Part shown: one piece after another, positions 9,863 through 20,798 of the stretch
Numbering within the stretch: the stretch's first letter is position 1
Layout: every line of letters starts with the position of its first letter
From: Clostridia bacterium
Lineage (GTDB): Bacteria > Bacillota > Clostridia > Christensenellales > UBA1242
Direction of reading: 5' to 3'
Length of the DNA stretch: 64,000 bases
Assembly: GCA_017468205.1 (NCBI GenBank)
Contig: JAFUJK010000012.1
Location: forward strand, 2,256-66,255
Notes under the pieces: model-generated
What the model saw: only the letters and a program-made list of their open reading frames with translations
Databases searched by the model: none
Told to the model about the DNA's origin: nothing
Program-made: the position numbers and the translations under genes

Positions 9863-10071
9863 TTTTACCTCCCACTATTCTAATTTTATTTTACCATAAA
9901 TTCTAATTATTTTAATATAATACTAAAACATTACATACAAAATTTGCGCCTACGTTTTTCTTCTTCCTTTATACATTTTAATATAGTCATAAATAAGATA
10001 CACAGCAATAAAAAAGTTATTTTAAAAAATAATTTTATAAGTTTCCCAAACATATTCCTATCTCACTTACA

Positions 10072-10359
10072 TTATTTATTTCTGATTTTTTTGTCTAGGT
10101 TTTTCTTGTAAAGAACGATTTTGCGTCCGATTACTTGTACCACATCAGCACGACAACGTTCTGCCATTTCATTTGCAATAGTTTTTGCATCTACTTCACA
10201 ACTTTCGAGAACAGTAATTTTTATCAATTCGCGAGCGTAAAGTGCTTGGTCTGCTGTATTAATCACATTTAGACTCAATCCGTCCTTACCCACCTGCATA
10301 ACAGGCTCAATTGACTGTGCTGTTTTTCTTAATTCCGCACGTTGTTTTGGTGTTATCAT
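10072..10359 (-). CDS. yhbY: YhbY/CRS1-family ribosome-assembly RNA-binding protein
   Basis: 95 aa. LTPKQRAELRKTAQSIEPVMQVGKDGL...ELIKI matches the YhbY pattern and sits immediately downstream of obg. Confidence 0.85.
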   Translation of the reverse strand: MITPKQRAELRKTAQSIEPVMQVGKDGLSLNVINTADQALYARELIKITVLESCEVDAKTIANEMAERCRADVVQVIGRKIVLYKKNLDKKIRNK

Positions 10360-10371
10360 AACATTTCCTCC

Positions 10372-12283
<1,912 letters not shown>

Positions 12284-12450
12284 ATAAACACTCCTAATTT
12301 ATTATATCATAAACTGACAAAATTTTCAATAATTTTTAAAAAGTTATTTATGAATATTTATGATTTTATTTTATATTTATAATAATAAAAAAATATCAAC
12401 AATTTTTCAACTATTGATATTTTTTATATACAAATTAACATATTTTTATA

Positions 12451-12484
12451 GTACTATGCATAGGTATTATGCATTGCATAGTAC
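12451..12484. repeat. 34-nt palindromic element, copy 1 (GTACTATGCA-N14-TGCATAGTAC)
   Basis: Perfect 10-bp arms. The loop core is the reverse complement of the loop core of the copy at 38693-38727. It lies 24 nt downstream of the sigF stop. Confidence 0.7.
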
Positions 12485-12507
12485 CTTAAAAATTATTAAA
12501 TTTCTTA

Positions 12508-13230
12508 TTAATCACTAAATTTTTTACGCATTTGTTGTATCACTTTATTTTCTATTCTACTCACTTGCACTTGGCTCACTCCCAACTCTTTTGCGATTTC
12601 GCTTTGAGTTTTATCGCGATAATAACGCATAATTATAATTTTTCTATCACGAGGAGAAAGTGATGCAATTAACGATTTTAAAATAAAATGGTCTAGTTTT
12701 GTATCCTCATCTTCAGGGTCCGCAATTCGCTCTTGAAGTGTAACACTTCCCTCTTCCGTTTGGTCAATAGGAGCCGATAAACTCATTGGATACTTATTGC
12801 TATCCATGGCAAAAACAACTTCCTGAGGTTCCATTCCAAACTTATTTGCAATATCTTCAATATTAGGAGTTGGTTCTTGTGGTGGAATTGACGCAAGATA
12901 TCTATTAATCTCTATCGCCTGAGATTTTATAGCACGGCTTACTTTAATATAACCATCATCACGCAAAAAACGCTTAACTTCACCCGCTATCATAGGAACT
13001 GCGTATGTGCTAAATTTAACATTATAAGAGCAATCAAAATTGTTGATTGCTTTTACAAAACCCACACATCCTAATTGAAATAAATCATCATAATCTACAC
13101 CTTTGTTTCGATAACGTCTAATCACACTTTTTACAAGCGGATAATTTTGATTTATGAGCATATTTTTGGCTTCATTATCGCCCGCTTGCGCCAATTCTAT
13201 CAGCCTAAGTGTTTGCTCATAATCAATCAT
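12508..13230 (-). CDS. sigF: RNA polymerase sporulation sigma factor SigF
   Basis: ATG at 13230 preceded by GGAGGTG. Sigma-70 regions 2-4 are recognisable (DLFQLGCVGFVKAINNFD, TQSEIAKELGVSQVQVSRIE). It is third in a spoIIAA-spoIIAB-sigF arrangement. Confidence 0.88.
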   Translation of the reverse strand: MIDYEQTLRLIELAQAGDNEAKNMLINQNYPLVKSVIRRYRNKGVDYDDLFQLGCVGFVKAINNFDCSYNVKFSTYAVPMIAGEVKRFLRDDGYIKVSRAIKSQAIEINRYLASIPPQEPTPNIEDIANKFGMEPQEVVFAMDSNKYPMSLSAPIDQTEEGSVTLQERIADPEDEDTKLDHFILKSLIASLSPRDRKIIIMRYYRDKTQSEIAKELGVSQVQVSRIENKVIQQMRKKFSD

Positions 13231-13684
13231 TTTCACCTCCAAGCGCTACACACTTTTTATGAGTAAGTGTTTTTCTCATTTCTACAACCACACCTCTATC
13301 TCCATTTTTACGCAAAACAACACTATTCATAAAACTCTCCATAACAGTAAACCCCATTCCTGCACGCTCCTCATCAGGCTTAGTGGTAAAAAAGGGTTCT
13401 CGTGCTTTTTCAAAATCCGAGATGCCAACGCCCGCATCAGAAATTTTAATGTCTACATCTCGGGCACTTGTTAATCCAACCCAAATTGAAATTTTTCCAG
13501 TCTTTTTAGGATAAGCGTGAACAACACAATTAGTAACAGCTTCGCTTACCGCCGTTTTAATGTCAGTTATTTCATCTAATGTCGGATTAAGTTGAACACA
13601 AAAAGCCGCAACAGCACTACGCGCAAAACCTTCATTAATAGAATGAGAATCAAATTCCAAAGTCATTTCATTTATATAATTCAT
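13223..13684 (-). CDS. spoIIAB: anti-sigma F factor (serine kinase) SpoIIAB
   Basis: 153 aa. HATPase_c-type N box (EAVTNCVVHAY) and G boxes (DAGVGI, GMGF). The position between the STAS gene and sigF fits. Confidence 0.88.
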   Translation of the reverse strand: MNYINEMTLEFDSHSINEGFARSAVAAFCVQLNPTLDEITDIKTAVSEAVTNCVVHAYPKKTGKISIWVGLTSARDVDIKISDAGVGISDFEKAREPFFTTKPDEERAGMGFTVMESFMNSVVLRKNGDRGVVVEMRKTLTHKKCVALGGEND

Positions 13685-13694
13685 TACAAACCTC

Positions 13695-14003
13695 CTAGTT
13701 TATTTTAGGCATTACATCATATAATGCAGTCATTCTAAATATTTTATCCGCCTGAACACTTGGATTTGAAATAAAAATAGGAATATTTTTCTGTTTCATT
13801 TTTTTGTACCTACCTATCAAAACACCAATTCCCGTACTGTCCATAAATTCCAATTTTGATAAATCTATTATTACTTGTTTAAAATCAGCACTTTCAAGTT
13901 GATTATCCATTGCCATACGCGCATAATGAGCCGTATGTTCATCTAATTCACCCGCAACTTGAAGATATAAAGTTTCTTGATATATTTTAGCATTTACTTG
14001 CAT
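13695..14003 (-). CDS. spoIIAA: anti-sigma F factor antagonist SpoIIAA (STAS domain)
   Basis: 102 aa. STAS pattern with the phosphorylatable Ser context FMDSTGIGVLIG. Confidence 0.85.
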   Translation of the reverse strand: MQVNAKIYQETLYLQVAGELDEHTAHYARMAMDNQLESADFKQVIIDLSKLEFMDSTGIGVLIGRYKKMKQKNIPIFISNPSVQADKIFRMTALYDVMPKIN

Positions 14004-14097
14004 ATATTCCTCCTTGCACTAAGTTTACAATATTTTTTAATGCAAAAAATAGAAAAAATAGCGCAAAAAGCACTATTTTTGTTATTTTTTATCTAAA

Positions 14098-15228
14098 CTA
14101 GAACTCAAAAGCGTTTTTAGCATCAACCAACCCCATACCACAATCATTAGGCGGAAAATTTAATCTACGCGCACTATACATTATAATAGATTTTATTTGA
14201 TTAGGTGTTAGATAAGGATTTTGTTCCAAAAGTAATGCGACAACTCCCGCCACAAAAGGCGCACTAACACTTGAGCCCGTCATCTGGGTAAGCATTTTTT
14301 TGTTATTAGATAACGACGTAATATTAACCCCCGGCGCTATTAAATCTGGTTTTACTATATCAAAAATGGGTCCACGGGAACTAAAATCAGCAATTTTTAT
14401 TTCATTTCCAGTCGTGTCAGCACAACCAACAGTAATAATTTTTGAGCAACTCCCTGGAGACTTCACCGTTTCCGCCTTTGGCCCGTCGTTTCCTACTGCA
14501 CTTACGACAACAACACCAGCATCCCACAGACTCCCCGCACCAATACTTAATGGGTCATTACGAGCCAAAGGAGTACTTCCAAAACTCATACAAACAACTT
14601 GAATATTATATCTCTTTCTATTTTCAAAAATCCATTGCATTGCATCGAGAACTTTAAAAGCCTGAGTTTGTCCGTCATTGTTCAACGCTTTTAATACAAA
14701 AAGTCTACAATTTGGAGCAACTCCACAAAATTTACCTGCACTACTTAAACCACTTCCCGCAAGCACTCCCGCAACAAATGTTCCGTGCCCATTATCATCA
14801 TACATTTCTTTCTTTTCATTTATCAAGTCAACAAATTTCACAACTCTATTATGTCCGATAAGAAAATCTAAATGCGGATAGCACCCCGTATCAATTACAG
14901 CGACACCAACACCAGTTCCCAAAATACCACGCTGATGCAAAGCGTCAACATTAATTTTTTTTCGCGCATCAAACATCAACGCATTCGCAGTGGCGACAGA
15001 AGAAATATAATCAACCCAAGTTACCCGAGCCAAATCATAGATATTCGTCGTATTACTTTTTATTGCAAAAGCTCGAATAAAGGGATACTCACCTATTATT
15101 TCAACATTATGCTCACGCAACTTCTTTTTCGATTCGCTGAAATTATTAACATAAATAATGCAATTCTGCATCTGCTTACTCGCAATATGTACCGAAAGCA
15201 AGCTAGGGTCAATTTTAAAAAAATACAT
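14098..15228 (-). CDS. subtilisin-like serine protease (peptidase S8) with N-terminal I9-like propeptide, no signal peptide
   Basis: Asp VAVIDTG, His HGTFVAG, Asn GNDGP and Ser GSSVSAPFVAG in the canonical order. The N-terminal ~80 aa resemble an inhibitor propeptide. No hydrophobic leader. Confidence 0.85.
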   Translation of the reverse strand: MYFFKIDPSLLSVHIASKQMQNCIIYVNNFSESKKKLREHNVEIIGEYPFIRAFAIKSNTTNIYDLARVTWVDYISSVATANALMFDARKKINVDALHQRGILGTGVGVAVIDTGCYPHLDFLIGHNRVVKFVDLINEKKEMYDDNGHGTFVAGVLAGSGLSSAGKFCGVAPNCRLFVLKALNNDGQTQAFKVLDAMQWIFENRKRYNIQVVCMSFGSTPLARNDPLSIGAGSLWDAGVVVVSAVGNDGPKAETVKSPGSCSKIITVGCADTTGNEIKIADFSSRGPIFDIVKPDLIAPGVNITSLSNNKKMLTQMTGSSVSAPFVAGVVALLLEQNPYLTPNQIKSIIMYSARRLNFPPNDCGMGLVDAKNAFEF

Positions 15229-15229
15229 T

Positions 15230-15529
15230 TTAATCCAAAAACTTTAATAAATTATACATTTTTCCACGCTGTTCGTCATCTAAAAGTGGCGCAACTTGTT
15301 CCGCTACAAGTTTTATTTGTTCTGCATCAAATGTTCCGTCTTTTTTCTTTTCAGCGACAAGTTTTAACATTTCACTCATCAATTCAGCTTCACTCATTTC
15401 GCCATACTTTGAAACAAATTCTTCAACTAAATCACCATATTGATTTTGTACTTGCTCAAACTCTTCACTATTAGTTATTTCCTCAAAATTCTCATTTGGA
15501 TTTGAAGCATTAAAATTTTTTATACTCAT
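15230..15529 (-). CDS. small acidic hypothetical protein, translationally coupled to the S8 protease gene
   Basis: 99 aa, Glu/Asp-rich and helical. Its stop codon is separated from the protease ATG by 1 nt. Confidence 0.5.
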   Translation of the reverse strand: MSIKNFNASNPNENFEEITNSEEFEQVQNQYGDLVEEFVSKYGEMSEAELMSEMLKLVAEKKKDGTFDAEQIKLVAEQVAPLLDDEQRGKMYNLLKFLD

Positions 15530-15594
15530 TTTCTACCACCTTTTAATTTCACTAATTCTATATATGCACGCATATATTAAAGTGGTGAAAAATT

Positions 15595-15966
15595 ATGGAT
15601 ATTTTAAAATTAATTAGCAATTTGGGAAGTTCAAATATTGAAGGATTGCTTAATCTAGTTTCTACATTTTTTAATAAAAATCAAACACAAAATACGCAAT
15701 CAAACACTACTCAAAAATCACAAACTTTTGACGCAAATAATCCCTATTGGTCATTACCTACATACACACAAAATAGTATTATGCAATCACAAAACGATAT
15801 GCATAGTACTCAAAAAAACGATAAAAACATTGATTTTTTAGAGATTTTTAAATTAATTGCGCCACTTTTATCAAAAAAAGATAATACTAAAAACCAAACT
15901 GAAAATACATTTACTACAAAAAACACTCGTCCGTCAGAGATATTAAAACTCACAAAAACAAAATAA
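15595..15966 (+). CDS. Gln/Asn/Thr-rich low-complexity hypothetical protein
   Basis: 123 aa with GGTGA upstream of the ATG. The composition is biased, so the coding status is uncertain. Confidence 0.4.
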   Translation: MDILKLISNLGSSNIEGLLNLVSTFFNKNQTQNTQSNTTQKSQTFDANNPYWSLPTYTQNSIMQSQNDMHSTQKNDKNIDFLEIFKLIAPLLSKKDNTKNQTENTFTTKNTRPSEILKLTKTK

Positions 15967-15981
15967 AAAAAGAGGCCGCCC

Positions 15982-16368
15982 TCAAATTTTTTGCAAACGC
16001 GTCATCTTATTGGTTCTGCGCTTACGTTTTTGCTCCAACCTCTTCAACACTAAAATGATTTGCAAAGTAACAGCATCTTCAAACTTACGAATATCAAGTC
16101 CCAAAGTTTTCTTAATCTTTTCCAGTCTATAAATTAAAGTATTTCGATGAATTATTGCGTCCTTACTTGTCTTAATAATGTTCAAATTATTCTTGAAAAA
16201 TAATTCAACGGTCGCTATCAATTCTTCGTCTTTTAAAAATTTTTTTACATTATCATCTTTCAAAATATTCCCTATGCTACCAAGGCTCTGCTCATCAAAA
16301 TTAGCAAGCAAAGCCCCTAACATAGATGAATTTATTGCAACTTTATCTGTATAGTTATTTGTCATCAT
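15982..16368 (-). CDS. PucR-C-type helix-turn-helix protein
   Basis: The C-terminal IHRNTLIYRLEKIKKTLGLDI is the PucR/CdaR-type HTH pattern. Start taken at the ATG at 16368 (GGGGA upstream). It overlaps the upstream ABC ATPase stop by 14 nt. Confidence 0.6.
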   Translation of the reverse strand: MMTNNYTDKVAINSSMLGALLANFDEQSLGSIGNILKDDNVKKFLKDEELIATVELFFKNNLNIIKTSKDAIIHRNTLIYRLEKIKKTLGLDIRKFEDAVTLQIILVLKRLEQKRKRRTNKMTRLQKI

Positions 16369-17035
16369 GCTTCCCCACAAAACTTCCTGATTGAAGTCTC
16401 AAAGTTCTGTTAGTAAAGCCAGCGCATTCCTTTTCATCTCTAGTTGCCATAATAATAATTTTGTCTTTTGGAGCACTCTCAAAAAGTTTTGTCAAGGCCT
16501 TTCTTATACGCGTTTGCGTGTCAGCATCATATTCGCTTAATACATCATCACAAAGAACTATCTCGACAGGTCGTAATGCCATACGCGCAATTTGTACAAG
16601 TCTACGGTCACTGCTACACAGTTTTTTCATTTTTTCTTTTTTTATTGCTTCAATGCCAAATTCGGAAAGGATATTGTTAATACGTTCTTCGCGTTCTGCT
16701 TTTGCTACTTTATGCACTTTAAGAGCCCACATCAAATTCTTGTACACACTTTTACGCTCAAAGAAAACTGCCTTTGTGGATAGATAGCCCAAACTTACAT
16801 CACGTGCAAAGTTAATCTTATTTATTGGTGTTCCTTTTATATAACATTCGCCACTTTTAGGCTTTTCAAGTCCTGCAATAACTCGCAAGAGTGCCGTTTT
16901 TCCGCTTCCAGTATCACCTACAACTGCAACCCTATCCCCTTTATCAAGCGATAGATTGATATCAAACAACGCAAAGTAATCTTTGTTGTAAGCCAACTTA
17001 ACATCTTTCAATTCTATAATATTTGTTTCAGACAT
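16355..17035 (-). CDS. stand-alone ABC-type ATPase with degenerate catalytic motifs
   Basis: Walker A GDTGSGKT is intact. The signature is LCSSDRR instead of LSGGQ. Walker B is IVLCDD, with Asp in place of the catalytic Glu. The H-loop is ATRD. There is no permease partner nearby. Confidence 0.7.
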   Translation of the reverse strand: MSETNIIELKDVKLAYNKDYFALFDINLSLDKGDRVAVVGDTGSGKTALLRVIAGLEKPKSGECYIKGTPINKINFARDVSLGYLSTKAVFFERKSVYKNLMWALKVHKVAKAEREERINNILSEFGIEAIKKEKMKKLCSSDRRLVQIARMALRPVEIVLCDDVLSEYDADTQTRIRKALTKLFESAPKDKIIIMATRDEKECAGFTNRTLRLQSGSFVGKHDDK

Positions 17036-17192
17036 AAGAAAATCTCCTTTGTTCTATTGTACACTTTTTTAAAAAATTTTTCAACTAAAATGCTTGAAAA
17101 CTTTTTAAATATTTTTATACAAAAAACACTAGTCAAAACAAATATTTTTTGGTATAATAGGTTGTATTACAAATTTATTGGAGAAATGTAAA

Positions 17193-18392
17193 ATGGATTT
17201 ATTTGAAAAATGTTATAACTACGATATAGTTAGAAACGCAAAAGCGGCAGGCATCTACCCTTATTATCACTATCTTGAATCAGGTCAAGACACAGTTGTT
17301 AACATGCAGGGACACCGCGTAATTATGATTGGTTCTAACAACTATCTAGGATTAACAAGCCACCCAGAAGTTATTGAGGCTGGTGTTGAGGCGTTTAAAA
17401 AGTACGGTTCTGGTTGTTCAGGCTCTCGCCTACTTAATGGTACACTTGATATGCACATTCAACTTGAAAAAGAATTGGCTGAATTTTTGCACAAAGAGGA
17501 CGTAACCACTTTTAGTACAGGTTTTATGAGTAATCTCGGAATTATTTCTGCACTTTGCGGACGTAATGATGTAATTATTTGCGACAAAGAAAACCACGCA
17601 AGTATCTATGACGGTTGCCGTTTGAGTTATGCCAAAATGTATCGTTATGAACACAGCGATATGGCTGACCTTGAACGTCAACTTCAACAAATTCCTGACG
17701 ACAAAGGCAAGTTGATTGTAACTGACGGTGTGTTCTCAATGGGAGGCGACCTTTGTAAACTTCCTGAAATTGTTGCGCTTGCAAAGAAATATGGTGCTCG
17801 CGTAATGATTGACGATGCTCACGGTCTTGGTGTATTTGGTGAGCACGGTCGAGGAACTGCTGAACACTTTGGGCTTGAAGACGAAGTAGACATTATTATG
17901 GGTACTTTCTCAAAGAGTCTTGCTAGTCTTGGCGGATTTATGGCAGCGAAAAAAGAGGTTGTTGAGTATGTTAGACACTGCTCTCGCCCATTGATTTTTG
18001 CTGCAAGCATTACACCTGCAAGCACCGCAAGCGCTCTTACTGCTTTGCGTATTTTAAAAAGAGAACCAGAGCGCGTTAAAAACCTTGCTGACATTACAGA
18101 ATATATGCGCAATGCATTGAAGCAACGCAATATACCAATTCGCGATAGTGTTGCACCTATTATTCCAATCGAAACTTACGACGACGTTCGCACATTTACA
18201 GCCTGCAAGATTTTGTTTGATAAGGGTGTTTACGTAAACCCTGTTATCAGTCCAGCAGTTGCACCTGGTGATGCGATTATTAGAACAAGTTACACCGCTA
18301 CACACACACGCGAACTTATGGACGAGGCCGCAGACATTATTAAAGATGTATTTGAAAACGACCTTCCACCATACGTAAAAGAAGCAAAATAA
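17193..18392 (+). CDS. alpha-oxoamine synthase family PLP enzyme, serine palmitoyltransferase-like
   Basis: ATG at 17193 after GGAGA. Motifs are GSNNYLGL, GSGCSGSRLLNGT, HASIYDGC, DDAHG and GTFSKS (PLP Lys). The overall pattern is closer to what I recall for bacterial SPT than for KBL or BioF. Confidence 0.75.
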   Translation: MDLFEKCYNYDIVRNAKAAGIYPYYHYLESGQDTVVNMQGHRVIMIGSNNYLGLTSHPEVIEAGVEAFKKYGSGCSGSRLLNGTLDMHIQLEKELAEFLHKEDVTTFSTGFMSNLGIISALCGRNDVIICDKENHASIYDGCRLSYAKMYRYEHSDMADLERQLQQIPDDKGKLIVTDGVFSMGGDLCKLPEIVALAKKYGARVMIDDAHGLGVFGEHGRGTAEHFGLEDEVDIIMGTFSKSLASLGGFMAAKKEVVEYVRHCSRPLIFAASITPASTASALTALRILKREPERVKNLADITEYMRNALKQRNIPIRDSVAPIIPIETYDDVRTFTACKILFDKGVYVNPVISPAVAPGDAIIRTSYTATHTRELMDEAADIIKDVFENDLPPYVKEAK

Positions 18393-18394
18393 AG

Positions 18395-18418
18395 AAAAAG
18401 CCCAAACGGGCTTTTTTA
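18395..18418. terminator. bidirectional intrinsic terminator between convergent genes
   Basis: AGCCC-aaac-GGGCT stem flanked by an A-run and a T-run. Confidence 0.65.
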
Positions 18419-19183
18419 TTATAAATATTTGATAATAGCGATTAAAGTAGCCTTGTCGTCCACGTTTAAATTCGTATTTTGCAAATCAAGTTGCGCTTTG
18501 TTTAAGATTTCTTCACGATTTGCTTGTGTCATTGATTGATATTTTTCTTTTAGATTTCTCAAATCTTGATTTAATTTAGACTTATCTTTTGCAACGTGGT
18601 ATTCTTGCATTGCTCTTTTATAATCATACTTTACAGATTCATAAGATATGTATTCGTTTGTTGCTTGATAAGCGATTTCAACATTTTCTCTACTTTCATT
18701 TTGAGGGGTAACGGCAGTTGTGTTTTGCTTTTGTTCCTCTTTTTTCATTTTAAGTTTATAACCAATCCAGCAACCAATAGCACCAATAACAATCAAAAAT
18801 CCAGTAATAGCAGTATCTTGTACAAATGCGCTACTTACTACTGGTTCCTCTCCAATCATAGCAAACAACAACGACAACGCTTCGCCGAATGATAATGTAG
18901 GTTCAATGCTAATTAGTGAAATAGATACTGTAATAATCAATGCAATTTCTGAAAACAAAAACGCAAAGAAGATTACCCATAACACTGACCAAAACGGCAT
19001 TTTGTTATAAAATTTTAGAAAAATGCTATACGACAATGCCGCACTTAAAAAGCCAACGGCATATGTTATATAACCAACTGAATAAACCAATCCAAAAAGA
19101 ACAGCACCACCCAAACAACATAACGCACTAAACAGCATTGCTTTCCACAAACACGATTTTTTAGTTTCAACCATAATTTTCAT
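18419..19183 (-). CDS. hypothetical polytopic membrane protein with cytoplasmic C-terminal helical tail
   Basis: About 5 TM segments, then a charged tail. The start is uncertain (ATG at 19183 or 19174, while the ORF-track start at 19210 is TTG). Confidence 0.5.
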   Translation of the reverse strand: MKIMVETKKSCLWKAMLFSALCCLGGAVLFGLVYSVGYITYAVGFLSAALSYSIFLKFYNKMPFWSVLWVIFFAFLFSEIALIITVSISLISIEPTLSFGEALSLLFAMIGEEPVVSSAFVQDTAITGFLIVIGAIGCWIGYKLKMKKEEQKQNTTAVTPQNESRENVEIAYQATNEYISYESVKYDYKRAMQEYHVAKDKSKLNQDLRNLKEKYQSMTQANREEILNKAQLDLQNTNLNVDDKATLIAIIKYL

Positions 19184-19344
19184 ATCCTTTTCTTTTGTGT
19201 AACATACCAAGATTAATTATATATCAAAGTAATATTTTGTCAATATTTTTTGCATATTTTCTTAAGAATTTAATAAAAATTCTATTTTTATGCAATATAA
19301 AAATAACAAGAACCTCATAAAAAATTGAGGTTCTTTTTTATTGT

Positions 19345-19884
19345 TTATTCATAATCAGGGTCGATTACACCATAGTCGCCTTCTGCGCGCTTATAAATTA
19401 CGTTAACTCTGCCATTGTCTGGGTTGAGGAAAACATAGAAAGCGTGGTCAGAATTTTCCAATTCCATAATCGCCTCATTAACAGTAAGCGGATAGATGTT
19501 GAAGTTCTTTGTCTTGCTAACTTTGCATTCCTCTGGTTTGATTTCGTAATCAAAATCGTCGTTAAACATAAGTTCTCTAATATCTGCATTCTTGCGCAAT
19601 TTATCTTTTAATTTGCTTGAATACTTAACGATTTGACGCTCAACTTTTGGAAGCGCGAGGTCGATGTTCTGATACATATTATCAGAAACAACTTCACTAC
19701 GGAACAACAAACCTTTATCCTTGATTGTAAGTTCAAGTTTGCAAGTGTCCTTAATGCGAGAACACATAACTTTAACAGATGCAGAGTCCTCGAAATAGCG
19801 GTCAAGTTTTGCTACCTTTTCACGAATAATGTTTTCCAACTTCTCGCTAACGGTGTAATTTTTAGACATAATTTGAATTTGCAT
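19345..19884 (-). CDS. hpf: ribosome hibernation-promoting factor (long HPF)
   Basis: 179 aa. N-terminal MQIQIMSKNYTVSEKLENIIREKVAKLDRYF (S30AE/YfiA fold) plus the C-terminal dimerisation domain (FYVFLNPDNGRVNVIYKR). Confidence 0.9.
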   Translation of the reverse strand: MQIQIMSKNYTVSEKLENIIREKVAKLDRYFEDSASVKVMCSRIKDTCKLELTIKDKGLLFRSEVVSDNMYQNIDLALPKVERQIVKYSSKLKDKLRKNADIRELMFNDDFDYEIKPEECKVSKTKNFNIYPLTVNEAIMELENSDHAFYVFLNPDNGRVNVIYKRAEGDYGVIDPDYE

Positions 19885-20016
19885 AGATTATTACCCCCTT
19901 TTTGCAGTTATAGTATATCACAAAACTCTACTTTTAGGCAACCAAATTAAAGGCAATATTTTGTTTTATATTAAGTTATTTGCAAGAAAAAAAAGAGGCA
20001 TAAACCTCTCAATTTT

Positions 20017-20589
20017 TTAAAATAGATACATAGCAGCAGTTACAACGTACCCCGCAAGAACAATTAAGCCTGTAAAGAAACCTATCCACGAAATCGTACG
20101 CTTGTGCGATTTAACGATAGCAAAAATTCCCACAATAGCCGATATTAGCGAACAAATAAGCCCACCGCCTAGACCCAACGTTGGCGCAAGAATTGTAAGT
20201 AAAAGCCACCCCATAACACTACTGCCAGAGTCCCCGCTGGGCTGAGTAATTATCATTGCAATCATCAAAATCAAAGTACAAACAACAGCAATTCCTGCAA
20301 AAATTAGCGAAGTAGTCCCATAACGCGTACGCTGTTTTGGATTATTGTATGCTTTTACATTTTTCATATAAGCATTATAACTGCTAGATTGTGGATTGTT
20401 ATTATTTAGCATAAATAGTGTTGATTCAGGTTCTTTAGGAGGATCGTAAATTTGATTTTCTTCTGCATTTTCAATTTTATCTAATTGCTTTGAAAATTCT
20501 TCCTGATTTTTCGTCTGTTCTTGCATTTTTGCAAGATTATCAAGCGCATTCTTTGCGGTTAATTCGCCAGATGAATTATTTTCACTCAT
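20017..20589 (-). CDS. hypothetical membrane protein
   Basis: 190 aa. Polar N-terminal half, then 3-4 Gly-rich TM segments. Confidence 0.5.
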   Translation of the reverse strand: MSENNSSGELTAKNALDNLAKMQEQTKNQEEFSKQLDKIENAEENQIYDPPKEPESTLFMLNNNNPQSSSYNAYMKNVKAYNNPKQRTRYGTTSLIFAGIAVVCTLILMIAMIITQPSGDSGSSVMGWLLLTILAPTLGLGGGLICSLISAIVGIFAIVKSHKRTISWIGFFTGLIVLAGYVVTAAMYLF

Positions 20590-20700
20590 ATTGCCTCCTT
20601 AAAATTATATTGCTAGTTTATCATATCTATTAAATGTATGCAAGCAAAAAATCAAGCATTTTGAAAATATATTAAATTCTACAAAAAATCTTAAAATTTG

Positions 20701-20727
20701 CAAAAAGAAAAGGGACTAATTCCCTTC
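20701..20727 (-). terminator. intrinsic terminator after lipoprotein gene
   Basis: The minus strand reads AAGGGA-attag-TCCCTT followed by TTCTTTTT. Confidence 0.6.
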
Positions 20728-20798
20728 CTAAGTGATGGCATAACTACGCGATATTAAGAAGTGATTTTGTCCTTTTCTAAATTGATAATTAGTTGTCA

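Noticed and set aside
9931-10053. 40-codon minus-strand ORF (MFGKLIKLFFKITFLLLCILFMTILKCIKEEEKRRRKFCM) just downstream of yhbY
   Set aside because: A hydrophobic-then-basic small peptide is plausible. However, the only SD-like sequence (TAGGA) is 3 nt from the ATG, and such ORFs arise easily in AT-rich spacers, so support is insufficient.
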